This document shows positions 47,309 through 56,269 of a DNA stretch of 64,000 nt, in pieces (the first letter of the stretch is position 1; each line of letters starts with the position of its first letter). The translations under genes and the position numbers were made by a program. The notes under the pieces were generated by a model, which searched no databases, was not told where the DNA came from, and worked only from the letters and a program-made list of their open reading frames with translations. The stretch lies in assembly GCA_965248925.1 (NCBI GenBank), contig CBDFLE010000006.1, positions 640,001 through 704,000 of the forward strand. Reading direction: 5' to 3'. Source of the stretch: Candidatus Multivoradales bacterium. Lineage in GTDB: Bacteria; Acidobacteriota; Thermoanaerobaculia; Multivoradales; J023.

Positions 47309-47950
47309 TCAGAGCAACCCCATCTCCAATCCCCTGAGCACCGCCCGAGTCCTATCCCTCACCCCGAGCTTCGACAGGATGCTCGAGATGTGGTTCTTCG
47401 CCGTCCCCTCGGCCAGCGCCAGCGACTCGGCGATCTCGCGGTTGCTCAGACCGCCGGCGATCAGCCGCAGCACCTCGGTCTCGCGGCCGGTCAACGGGTC
47501 GGGCGGATCGAGCCCTCCGACGTCCACCTCGAGCTTGGCGAAGCGACGCTGCACTCCCTGGGTAACCGCCGGTTGGAAGTAGGTGCCGCCGGCAGCGACC
47601 GTGCGGATCGCCCGCCTTAGCTCGTCGAGTGACACGTCCTTGAGCAGGAAGCCGCGGGCGCCAGCGCGGACGGTCTCGATCATCAGCGCTTCGTCGTCGA
47701 AGGTGGTGAGCGCCACCGTCGGCGGCAGGGCGTTCCGACGGCTCAGCTCTTCGAGAACTTCGACGCCGCTGAGCTTCGGCAGCCGCAGGTCGAGCAGCAC
47801 CGCATCGGGCCGTTCGCGACAGATCGTCTCCACCGCTTCTTCCCCGTCCACTGCCTCGGCCACCACCTCGACCTCTGGGGTCAGCCGCAGCAAGCTGAGA
47901 ATCCCCTCGCGGACCAGCGCCTGATCCTCGACCAGGCAGAGACGGATCAC
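47309..47950 (-). CDS. NarL/LuxR-family response regulator
   Basis: VEDQ, LLDLRLP, LTTFDD, GFLLK, LTGRETEVL..GLSNREIA. Confidence 0.95.
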   Translation of the reverse strand: MIRLCLVEDQALVREGILSLLRLTPEVEVVAEAVDGEEAVETICRERPDAVLLDLRLPKLSGVEVLEELSRRNALPPTVALTTFDDEALMIETVRAGARGFLLKDVSLDELRRAIRTVAAGGTYFQPAVTQGVQRRFAKLEVDVGGLDPPDPLTGRETEVLRLIAGGLSNREIAESLALAEGTAKNHISSILSKLGVRDRTRAVLRGLEMGLL

Positions 47951-49149
47951 GCCGAGGCCTCCCACTCCGCCCGCGCCGAGGCCGAGAGCGGCAAGCGCAG
48001 CCGCGAGCGAAAGCCCTCGCCCGGGGCCGGGTCGATCTCGAGCGTCCCGCCCAATCCCTCGATGCGCTCGCGCATCCCCGCCAGCCCACTACCGGGCACG
48101 AAGCAGGCCGCCCCCGTGCCGTCGTCTCGTGCCGAGAGTTCCAGCCAACCGTCGCGCCGCTCCAGGTCAAGCCAAAAGTTGGCGCCGCCGGAGTGGCGTA
48201 CCGCGTTGGTGATCAGCTCCTGGACCGCGCGCACCAGAGCGTTGGCCCGCGCCGGGTCTTCGATCACCAGGCGGTCAGTGGCGGTGAGATGAACGCGCGG
48301 CCTTGGGATTCCGGTCGCCAAACCCCGGAGCGAAGCGGCGACATCCACTGACCGCCGATCGCGCAAGGTGCGCACAGTGCGACGCAGATCCTCGAGGATA
48401 CGGCCGGTGATCTCGCGCGCGCGGGCCACCGGCTCCGCTGCCGCGCCGTCGCCAACGTGGGCCGCGACCTCGAGCTGGAGACTCAGCGCGGTCAGGTGAT
48501 GGCCGAGCCCATCGTGCAACTCGCGCGAGATGCGCAGCCGCTCGGCTACCCGTGAACTCTCGGCCAAGAGTTCACGAGCCGCCTCGAGCTCAGCGTTGGT
48601 ATGCGCCAACTCGCGGCGCGCCGCCGCCTCTCGCTCGGCCATGGTCACCGCCAGAAACGCGAAGAGTTGGAAACCGACGAACGCCGCGGTGACCGCCAGC
48701 CCTGGCCCCACCGCGTTCTCGCGACTGAAGATCAGGGCGAGCAGCGCCGACTGCCCGACTATCCAGGCCGAAGCCTCCGCCACGCTGAACAGGACGGCGG
48801 TCTGGGTGGCGACGATCACCAGAAGAGCGGCTTGCAGCGGATCACCGGCGGCCGCCGTGGCGGCCAGAGCGCTGATCGCCTGCACTCCGAGCAGAAGAAC
48901 GCGAGGCCATCGCGGCCCCTCGATCAAGCCCAGCCAATAGCCGGCGAAGAGAGCGGCGAGAAAGGTCAAATGCGCGCTCCCCCAGAGTGCCAGCGATGGC
49001 CCCATATTTGCGCCCGCCGCGTTCGCGAGCTGCCGATTCCAGCCGGCCAACCAGTACGGCAGGCCCACCGCGGCCCAGGTTAGTAGCGCGGCACCGAGCA
49101 TCAAGCGTCCTCTCAAGGACCGTCCTTCCATGCCTCCAGTATGCGGCAT
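47947..49149 (-). CDS. DesK-like membrane sensor kinase (HisKA_3)
   Basis: Multiple TM helices; ERLRISRELHDGLGHHLT, QELITNAVRH, DDG, GSGLAGMRER. Confidence 0.94.
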   Translation of the reverse strand: MPHTGGMEGRSLRGRLMLGAALLTWAAVGLPYWLAGWNRQLANAAGANMGPSLALWGSAHLTFLAALFAGYWLGLIEGPRWPRVLLLGVQAISALAATAAAGDPLQAALLVIVATQTAVLFSVAEASAWIVGQSALLALIFSRENAVGPGLAVTAAFVGFQLFAFLAVTMAEREAAARRELAHTNAELEAARELLAESSRVAERLRISRELHDGLGHHLTALSLQLEVAAHVGDGAAAEPVARAREITGRILEDLRRTVRTLRDRRSVDVAASLRGLATGIPRPRVHLTATDRLVIEDPARANALVRAVQELITNAVRHSGGANFWLDLERRDGWLELSARDDGTGAACFVPGSGLAGMRERIEGLGGTLEIDPAPGEGFRSRLRLPLSASARAEWEASA

Positions 49150-49167
49150 TCCCGGTCCGAGCGGGAG

Positions 49168-49205
49168 GTGCCGAAAGTCACCCTCGAGGCGATGACTTCT
49201 GGCAC
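49168..49205. promoter_or_regulatory. Inverted repeat, probable response-regulator operator
   Basis: GTGCCGAAAGTCA-N12-TGACTTCTGGCAC between the divergent two-component system and the 49282 gene. Confidence 0.55.
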
Positions 49206-49281
49206 ATGCGCGCGGCCGGGGCGTCCCCTAGGGTGATAGAGAACCGCCGGAACACCGGCTTGAACGAAAGGAACTGACACC

Positions 49282-50796
49282 ATGCGTACTATATCTTTGT
49301 CGCGGCTGAGATCGTTGTTCCAGCCCGCCGCCTGGCTGCTCGCCGCCGGCTTCGGCTCTGCGGTGCTGCTCGCGCCACCGGTATTGACCGCCCAGCAAGG
49401 CGGACCGGACCCCGGCCCAATCGCCTCGCAGCTGCCACCCTTACCGGTCGCCAACGGCGAGGTTGAGCTACCGCTCGGCGGCGACTCGCCCTTTGCCTGG
49501 GTGGCGATCGCCGACGGTCCGGCGACCGACCATCAGGAAGGCCAGCTGAGCGTCCACTACACCATCACCACCGGCCGACCCGCCGGCGCGGGCCTGATCT
49601 TCCGCGCCGGTACCCTCGACCGTCTCGACCGTCTGCAGATCGAGATCCGCGGCAACCGCTCCACCCAGCTGGTACCTACCTTGCGCGACACCGCCGGCGG
49701 TGTCTACCGCTTCCCGGTAATTCCTGTGCAGGTGGGCAGTCCGCGTTTCCACAGCTTGCGCGTAGAAGAAATGCAACACTTCCCCGGCCAAGCCGAGGGA
49801 CCGGATCCTGGGAGCTTCGATCCCGGCGAGGCGATCCTGCTCAGCCTGATCGACATCTCCGCCTTTACCGGCGCGGTTCCTGCCGGTACTGAGATCGAGT
49901 GGACCGTGTCCAGCTTGACCGCCGTGCTCGAGAAGGAGAGCAAGAAGACGGCCGCAGCGACCCGGACCACAGCCCGCAGAATCGCGCCAACCGCTCGTGC
50001 CCGCCGGGCCCAAGCAGAGCACGCCGAAACCCGTTTCTTCGAGGTCTTCAGCGACCCGCTCGGAGACCGGCCGCTGGACCGTTCAGCAGCGCTCAACGAC
50101 CTGAGGATCGCCTTTTTCTCCAATCCATCGGACCCGCGGACCGCGCTGTTGCTCGGTCTTAACTACCTCTGGCTGGTCGCCGAAAGAGACCCCACCGATC
50201 CACGGACGATTGACTTCTTGGTCCTCGCCGAGCACTTTCTAGAGCGCGCCCAGCGGCTGGCTCCTGACGACTATCGCATCCCGAGTTGGCTGGTCCCCAC
50301 GCAGCAGGGGTTGGCCAGCATCGACGGCGACGCCGTGCGCGCCGAAGAACTCGAAGCGGCGCTCCTGGCCGCCTACGCCGAGGACCCCGACTTCCATTCT
50401 TTCTCTGTCGCCTTGGCCGGCTTCGGCTCCCCCCGTGGCTCCGAGCAGTTCAGCCGCGGCCTCCGAGCCCTGCGCAGCTCCAACACGGCTTGCCCGGATG
50501 ACGACCCAACCTGCGACAACCGACCCCGCTGGCCGCACAACCTCGAGGGTTACTTGACCTTCGCCGCCGACTACGAACTCAAGGCCGGCAACCGCGACGC
50601 CGCCCGCCGTCTGCTCCGAGAGGTGCAGGCCACCCCCGATTACCCCAGCTGGCCCTACCGCGGGGAGGTAGAGGACCGCCGCGCCAACCTCGCTCTCTAC
50701 GCCGACCTCTACGCCAACACTGACCCCACCGACGACCCACCGGCGCTGGTGATCAACAGCCGGCATTCCTGCCAAGTCTGTCACCGAGCGGAGTGA
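49282..50796 (+). CDS. Secreted hypothetical protein: beta-sandwich, helical repeats, C-terminal CxxCH
   Basis: AAGGA RBS; signal peptide; ends with SCQVCHRAE. Confidence 0.8.
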   Translation: MRTISLSRLRSLFQPAAWLLAAGFGSAVLLAPPVLTAQQGGPDPGPIASQLPPLPVANGEVELPLGGDSPFAWVAIADGPATDHQEGQLSVHYTITTGRPAGAGLIFRAGTLDRLDRLQIEIRGNRSTQLVPTLRDTAGGVYRFPVIPVQVGSPRFHSLRVEEMQHFPGQAEGPDPGSFDPGEAILLSLIDISAFTGAVPAGTEIEWTVSSLTAVLEKESKKTAAATRTTARRIAPTARARRAQAEHAETRFFEVFSDPLGDRPLDRSAALNDLRIAFFSNPSDPRTALLLGLNYLWLVAERDPTDPRTIDFLVLAEHFLERAQRLAPDDYRIPSWLVPTQQGLASIDGDAVRAEELEAALLAAYAEDPDFHSFSVALAGFGSPRGSEQFSRGLRALRSSNTACPDDDPTCDNRPRWPHNLEGYLTFAADYELKAGNRDAARRLLREVQATPDYPSWPYRGEVEDRRANLALYADLYANTDPTDDPPALVINSRHSCQVCHRAE

Positions 50797-50859
50797 GGCC
50801 CACCGGCGTCATTCGTCCGTTCTCGCGATCACCGCCAGAAGTCGCGGTGATCGTCGCTG

Positions 50860-51675
50860 CTACGGTGATGCACTCGCCGAGCGTTGGCGCGGCAGCTCCC
50901 TTTCACCGTAAGCAATCGCCAGAGCAACCTCAGCGGCGACCTTCAACGGATCAACCATGACGGTGGCGGCACCCGAATCACCAAGGGAGACAGAGATCTC
51001 GGTACAGCCAGCGACCACACATCGGGCACCGGCAGCATGCGGTCTATCGACCGCTTCTTCCAGCGCGTCGCGGTGTAAACGACCGGTCTCGCTGTCGCCC
51101 GCGCTGCCAAACTTGATGCCGTCGCGAACTCGGCTGCCATCGCCGAGCAAATGGCCGTAGATGGGACCCATGGTCAACGCCTCCTGCAAGTGATGGCCAT
51201 CGTCGAGGCCTTGAAGACCGACCCACTCGAGCCCAGGCGCCAGGCGCTGGGCGACCTTGGGATAAAGCCGGCTCTCCAGCATCGCGCTGACGCCGAGAAC
51301 TCCCACCCGCGCATCCTCACCGACGAGCGCCACCAGCCGAGTAACGACTTCCGCGACCATGTGCACCAAGGGTAGAGGCGAGCGTGGCTCGATGTCGTCG
51401 AAAAAGATGTGGGCCGTGTTGCATGCGATCACCGCGAAGTCGGCCACCGGATGCAGACGTTCGAGACTGCGCAGCAGTGCGGGCACCGGCGACGGGCCGC
51501 TGGCGAAGATGGCCTGAGCGAAGCTCGGCGTAGCCGGGATCGACGAGAGCAACCAGGCTGGATAGTCCTGATCTCGCGCTGTTGCGCCCATCGCTTTCAA
51601 CAGGCAGCGCTCGAACTCCAGATGAGCGTAGGGGCCGACTCCGCCAACGATGCCGAGGATTCGTTCTTGTTTCAT
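50860..51675 (-). CDS. Aspartate/glutamate racemase family protein
   Basis: LGIVGGVGP, RDQD, IACNTAH, AGCTE (two catalytic Cys). Confidence 0.88.
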   Translation of the reverse strand: MKQERILGIVGGVGPYAHLEFERCLLKAMGATARDQDYPAWLLSSIPATPSFAQAIFASGPSPVPALLRSLERLHPVADFAVIACNTAHIFFDDIEPRSPLPLVHMVAEVVTRLVALVGEDARVGVLGVSAMLESRLYPKVAQRLAPGLEWVGLQGLDDGHHLQEALTMGPIYGHLLGDGSRVRDGIKFGSAGDSETGRLHRDALEEAVDRPHAAGARCVVAGCTEISVSLGDSGAATVMVDPLKVAAEVALAIAYGERELPRQRSASASP

Positions 51676-51746
51676 TGTTCTGGCACGGCGTGCGCTCACC
51701 GGCTCGGCGATCGAAACCGGGCGCATGCCATGCTCCCCTACACTCT

Positions 51747-54700
51747 TCATGGTGTCTCCCCGCCACCACTTTGGCCCAGATTATGTCCAGGGCTGGCCCC
51801 TTGCCCTTCTCTGCCGCGCACTGTCTCAAAGATCTCTCGCGCCAGAATAGGCAAGGCTGAACCGCGAAAGTCCCGGTCGGACATGTAGCGGGTGACGATC
51901 TGGTCGTTATCCGCCATGCGCTCAATCATCAACTCTTCGATCAGCTTGCGGATACCCAGCTCAAACTTGTCGAGCGGGTTGGCAAGGGCGGTTTGCACGA
52001 TTCGCTCGCTGTTGCAGGCTTTCTCTTTGATCTGCTGGAAGAAGAGCCGATCCTCTTCGGAGAACTGGGTGCCGAAGCGCTCGTTCAGCACTTCGATGAT
52101 CTCTGACAAGGGCGCCTTCTCCTCGTCGACCGCCCCGGTGCCGACCTCGGTGGGGCTCCTGACGTATTGCGACTCACCTTCTCTGATGTCGATGGCGCCG
52201 GAGAACACCCGTTCGAGGCGGTAGTACTGCAAAGCCACCTCGTCGCCCACCTGGACGATGGAGGCATCGCGATCGAGGGGCAGCTTGGTCAGCAGGAGGC
52301 GGCCGTAGCTGTAGAGCATCTCCAAGTCGGCATCGGCGTAGGGCACGATCTGACTCAGGAAGGCGTAGACCCGCACGTAGCTGGAGAGCTTCTGGCGGAA
52401 ATCCTCGCGCCTCTCCTCATCCTCGATCACCCGGAAACGGTCGATCGCCGGCTGCAGGTGGCTTTCCAGATGGGCATGGTCGGCGCTGTTCTGGCGCTGG
52501 GTGGGTTTGTAGAAGACCTGGGCGAAGGCTTCTACCTCGCTCCAATAGTAGACCTGCATGCCGTCGAGCTGGTGCTTGAGCTGTTCGAGCTTCGCCGGGT
52601 CAGAGGACTCATCCAGCTCGGTCTTGTCGTAGTAGGGCTTGAAGGCGCGGAAGATATTCTCTGCGTCGTTGACGAAGTCGAGCACGAAGGGGGCGTCCTT
52701 GCCCGGGATCTTGCGGTTGAGCCGCGACAGGGTCTGCACCGCCTGCACCCCATCGAGGCGTTTGTCGACGTACATCGCGCAGAGCAGGGGTTGGTCGAAG
52801 CCGGTCTGGTATTTGTTGGCGACCAGCAGAACCTGGTAGTCCATCGAGGCGAAGCGAGCGGCCAGCGCTGCCTCGCCGATCGCTTTGCCGGTGACCAGAT
52901 CGGGGTTCATGCCGGGCTCGGTGTACTCGATCCCCGAGTCGGGGTCTAGTACCGTGCCGCTGAAGGCCACCAGGGGGCGGATGTCGCGGTAGCCGTGCTC
53001 TTCGAGGTAGCGCTCGAAGGCGAGCTTGTAGCGCACCGCGTGCAGCCGCGAGGAGGTCACCACCATCGCTTTGGCCCGGCCACCCAGGCGCGGCAGCACG
53101 CTGCGGCGAAAGTGCTCGACGATGACTTCGGTCTTCTGCTCGATGTTGTGTGGGTGCAGGCTCATGAACTTGGCCAGCGCCCGCGCCGCCTTCTTCTTCG
53201 GCACTTCCGGGTCGTCTTCGGCCGCCTTGAGCAGCCGGTAGAAGACGGTGTAAGTGGTGTAGTTGGCGAGCACGTCGAGGATAAAGCCCTCTTCGATCGC
53301 CTGGCGCATGCTGTAGAGGTGGAAAGCCTCGGGGGTGCCATCGCCCGTCGCGCGACCGAATAGTTCCAGGGTCTTGCCCTTGGGGGTGGCGGTGAAGGCG
53401 AAGAAGCTCAGATTGGGCTGCCGGCCGCGGGAGGCCATAATCTGGTTCAACCGGTCCTCCCAATCGACCGAGCCCTCGGCGTCCTCTTCTCCGCCGGCAC
53501 CGAGAATCTCCTTCAGCTCTCGCGCCGTCTCCCCGGTTTGGCTGGAGTGGGCCTCGTCGACGATCACTGCGTAGCGGCGCTGGGCGATCTCCGCCTCCCA
53601 TTCTCTGGCCCGTGCCAGCTCCGCCGCGTTCGCCGAGCTGGCGCTGCCGGTGGTCGCCACCCGCAGCAGGCCGCGCAGCACCCAGGGGAATTTCTGCAGC
53701 GTGGTGATGACAATCTTGGTGCCATCGATCAACGCCTCGGCGAGCTGTTGGCTATCCCGGTCGATCGCCTTGACCACCCCTTGGGCATACTCGATCTGGT
53801 AGATCGCATCTTGCAGCTGGCGATCGAGCACCCGCCGGTCGGTGATCACCACCACGCAATCGAAGATCTTACGATCGGCGCCATCGTGCAAGCTGGCCAG
53901 GCGGTGCGACAGCCAGGAGATGCTGTTGGTCTTGCCGCTGCCCGCCGAATGCTGAATCAAGTAGTTGTGTCCCGGCCCTTCGTCACGGGCTGCCTCGACG
54001 ATTTTGCGCACCGCGGCAAGCTGGTGGTAGCGGGGGAAGATCAAGGTTTCTTGCTGGATCTGGCGCTGCCCACCGCGGCCGTCGTCGACCTTCTTGTCCT
54101 TGGTTTCGACGTAGAGGAAGTGGCCGAGGAGGTCGAGAAAGCTGTCCCGCTGCAGCACGTCTTGCCACAGGTAGCCGCTGCGATAGCCCGAGGGGTGCTG
54201 CGGGTTGCCGGCGCCGCAGTGGATCTGGCCGGGGTGGCTGCCGCGGTTGAAGGGCAGAAAGTAGGTCTCCTGACCCCGCAGGCGGGTGGTCATGTGGACC
54301 TCGCTGGGATCGACCGCAAAGTGCACCAGCGCCCGCGTCTTGAAGCCGAAGAGGGGCGCCCGCGGGTCGCGATCGGTCTTGTACTGCTGCACCGCATGGC
54401 GCCAGCTCTGGCCGGTGCCGGGATTCTTCAGCTCGCAGGTGGCCACCGGCAGGCCGTTCAGTGCCAACAGCAGGTCGACGGTGTCATGCTTGCCGGGGTG
54501 GCAAGGAACCTGGCGGGTGAGGGTGAGGTAGTTCTTCTCGTAGAGGGCGAGCACCTCGTCATTGAGCCGGTGGGCGGGCCGGAAGGTGGCCATGCGAAAG
54601 GTTTTGCCGTAGAACTTGAAGCCGTGGCGCAGCACATGCAAGGTGCCCTTGAGCTGGAGTTCTTTGACCAGCGCGGTGATCAGCATCTCCTCCAACCCGG

Positions 54701-54890
54701 CGCCGTGCAACTGACGCATGGTGGCCCAGAGCTTGGGCTGAGTGGCTTCCAGGTAGGCCCAGACGTGGGCCGGGAAGAGAGCGCTCCCCACCACCCAATC
54801 GGCGTTCGAACCCCGCCGCCAACCCCCCGCCCCGAGCAGCATCTGCTCGACCTGGCTCTCGAACGCGTGTTCGTCGGTTTGCTGACTCAT
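51747..54890 (-). CDS. hsdR: Type I restriction endonuclease R subunit
   Basis: VDLLL..NGLP..ELKN nuclease motif, HSAGSGKT, DEAH, FTATP, TGFDQP, QTLSRLNR. Confidence 0.96.
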   Translation of the reverse strand: MSQQTDEHAFESQVEQMLLGAGGWRRGSNADWVVGSALFPAHVWAYLEATQPKLWATMRQLHGAGLEEMLITALVKELQLKGTLHVLRHGFKFYGKTFRMATFRPAHRLNDEVLALYEKNYLTLTRQVPCHPGKHDTVDLLLALNGLPVATCELKNPGTGQSWRHAVQQYKTDRDPRAPLFGFKTRALVHFAVDPSEVHMTTRLRGQETYFLPFNRGSHPGQIHCGAGNPQHPSGYRSGYLWQDVLQRDSFLDLLGHFLYVETKDKKVDDGRGGQRQIQQETLIFPRYHQLAAVRKIVEAARDEGPGHNYLIQHSAGSGKTNSISWLSHRLASLHDGADRKIFDCVVVITDRRVLDRQLQDAIYQIEYAQGVVKAIDRDSQQLAEALIDGTKIVITTLQKFPWVLRGLLRVATTGSASSANAAELARAREWEAEIAQRRYAVIVDEAHSSQTGETARELKEILGAGGEEDAEGSVDWEDRLNQIMASRGRQPNLSFFAFTATPKGKTLELFGRATGDGTPEAFHLYSMRQAIEEGFILDVLANYTTYTVFYRLLKAAEDDPEVPKKKAARALAKFMSLHPHNIEQKTEVIVEHFRRSVLPRLGGRAKAMVVTSSRLHAVRYKLAFERYLEEHGYRDIRPLVAFSGTVLDPDSGIEYTEPGMNPDLVTGKAIGEAALAARFASMDYQVLLVANKYQTGFDQPLLCAMYVDKRLDGVQAVQTLSRLNRKIPGKDAPFVLDFVNDAENIFRAFKPYYDKTELDESSDPAKLEQLKHQLDGMQVYYWSEVEAFAQVFYKPTQRQNSADHAHLESHLQPAIDRFRVIEDEERREDFRQKLSSYVRVYAFLSQIVPYADADLEMLYSYGRLLLTKLPLDRDASIVQVGDEVALQYYRLERVFSGAIDIREGESQYVRSPTEVGTGAVDEEKAPLSEIIEVLNERFGTQFSEEDRLFFQQIKEKACNSERIVQTALANPLDKFELGIRKLIEELMIERMADNDQIVTRYMSDRDFRGSALPILAREIFETVRGREGQGASPGHNLGQSGGGETP

Positions 54891-56269
54891 GCGACTGCCT
54901 CTCGTACGTCGATCTTGCCGGTCACGGCGGCGGTGATGAGGGCGCTGCGATATTCGCGCAGGCGGTCGATAGCGGTTTCGACCTTGCTGAGGAGAGCATC
55001 GATCTTGGCGGTCTCGCGGTCGAGGTAGTCGGCGATGGCGCGTTGTTCAGCCGCCGGAGGGCACGGTATGGGCCAAGCACGGACGTGACCTTGACCCAAC
55101 TTCACCATGGAGCCGCTGGACCCCCTTGCATCGGCCTCGATCCGGGCTCGCGCATTCGTTGACAGGAGGAAAGAACACATAAATCTCGGCTCGGCAAGGT
55201 CCCGCCTTAACTCCACGCGGTAAAGAAGGTCGGGAATCAAAAGCCTAGGACAGTTCACATCGACAAGCGCAACATCGCCCACTCGGTCAGGGGTGTTCGC
55301 GCGCGAGATCAGCAGGTTGCCAGCGCGAGGAGTCGCCATGCCACTTGCTTCGAACTCATCGTAAAGTGCCTTGTTCTCGGAGGCATGGAAGTGACCATCT
55401 CGCGCCGCACTCAATTTCAGGACGCCCCATTCACCGTGGCCAGCGGGCCAGCTCGCTGCGACGGGGCTCCAGCCTTGATCCAATCGGCGAATTACATTGC
55501 GGAACTGCTTCATCTCCCAATGCTCCGGCACCTCCCCGATCCACTCGACACCAGAGGGTTTGAGCTTGGGGTGGGGGTCGAGGCCGGCCTGGCGGGCGGC
55601 GTCGGGGGGAAGGCCGCGGGTGACGGTGCGGGAGATGAGGGCGGTGCGCTTCTCCTTCATGCGTTCGATCAAGGCGCGTTTCTTCGCTACCAACGTGTCG
55701 ATCTTTGCGGTCTTGTGGTCGAGGAAGTTGGCGATGGCGCGTTGTTCCTTGAACATCGGAAGAACCACAGGCAATCTGGCCACCTTCTCGACTGAAATTC
55801 GACGTAGCGCAGCACCAGCAAGTTGGAGCAAGATGTTCTGCTGCAGCAAGCTGTCGTTGAGCCAGTACTCGAGAAACTGGGAGTCGAGCATTGCTACCCT
55901 GGGAGAAATGATAACAAGCGAACTCGCTACTACGAATTCTACTCCAGTACGGACAACAGCTGTCCTACCTACAGTCCCATCCTTGCTAAATAAAACATCA
56001 CCGTATTTGGGCTGGCAACCGGTGTGCGCAAGATATTCAAAACTCTCCTTCGCGGTCCAAAGACAACTCACCACATCGATGTTTCCATCCGAAATGTCGA
56101 CCGTAGACACAAACGGGTAATCGGCACTTGAGAGATCAGGCGAGATATGTGCGCCGTCGGTCACGCGCATGCTCATTCGTTTCAACCGGTCAACGCTCCA
56201 ACCCTCCGGCAGTTCACCCAACCACTCGATCCCACTCGGCTTGTATTTCGGATAGGGCGAGAGCTTCAC
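54887..56269 (-). CDS. hsdS: Type I R-M specificity subunit
   Basis: YKPSGIEWLGELPEGW and LKPSGVEWIGEVPEHW, two EQRAIA.FLD conserved regions, ALITAAVTGKIDVR. Confidence 0.95.
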   Translation of the reverse strand: MKLSPYPKYKPSGIEWLGELPEGWSVDRLKRMSMRVTDGAHISPDLSSADYPFVSTVDISDGNIDVVSCLWTAKESFEYLAHTGCQPKYGDVLFSKDGTVGRTAVVRTGVEFVVASSLVIISPRVAMLDSQFLEYWLNDSLLQQNILLQLAGAALRRISVEKVARLPVVLPMFKEQRAIANFLDHKTAKIDTLVAKKRALIERMKEKRTALISRTVTRGLPPDAARQAGLDPHPKLKPSGVEWIGEVPEHWEMKQFRNVIRRLDQGWSPVAASWPAGHGEWGVLKLSAARDGHFHASENKALYDEFEASGMATPRAGNLLISRANTPDRVGDVALVDVNCPRLLIPDLLYRVELRRDLAEPRFMCSFLLSTNARARIEADARGSSGSMVKLGQGHVRAWPIPCPPAAEQRAIADYLDRETAKIDALLSKVETAIDRLREYRSALITAAVTGKIDVREAVA

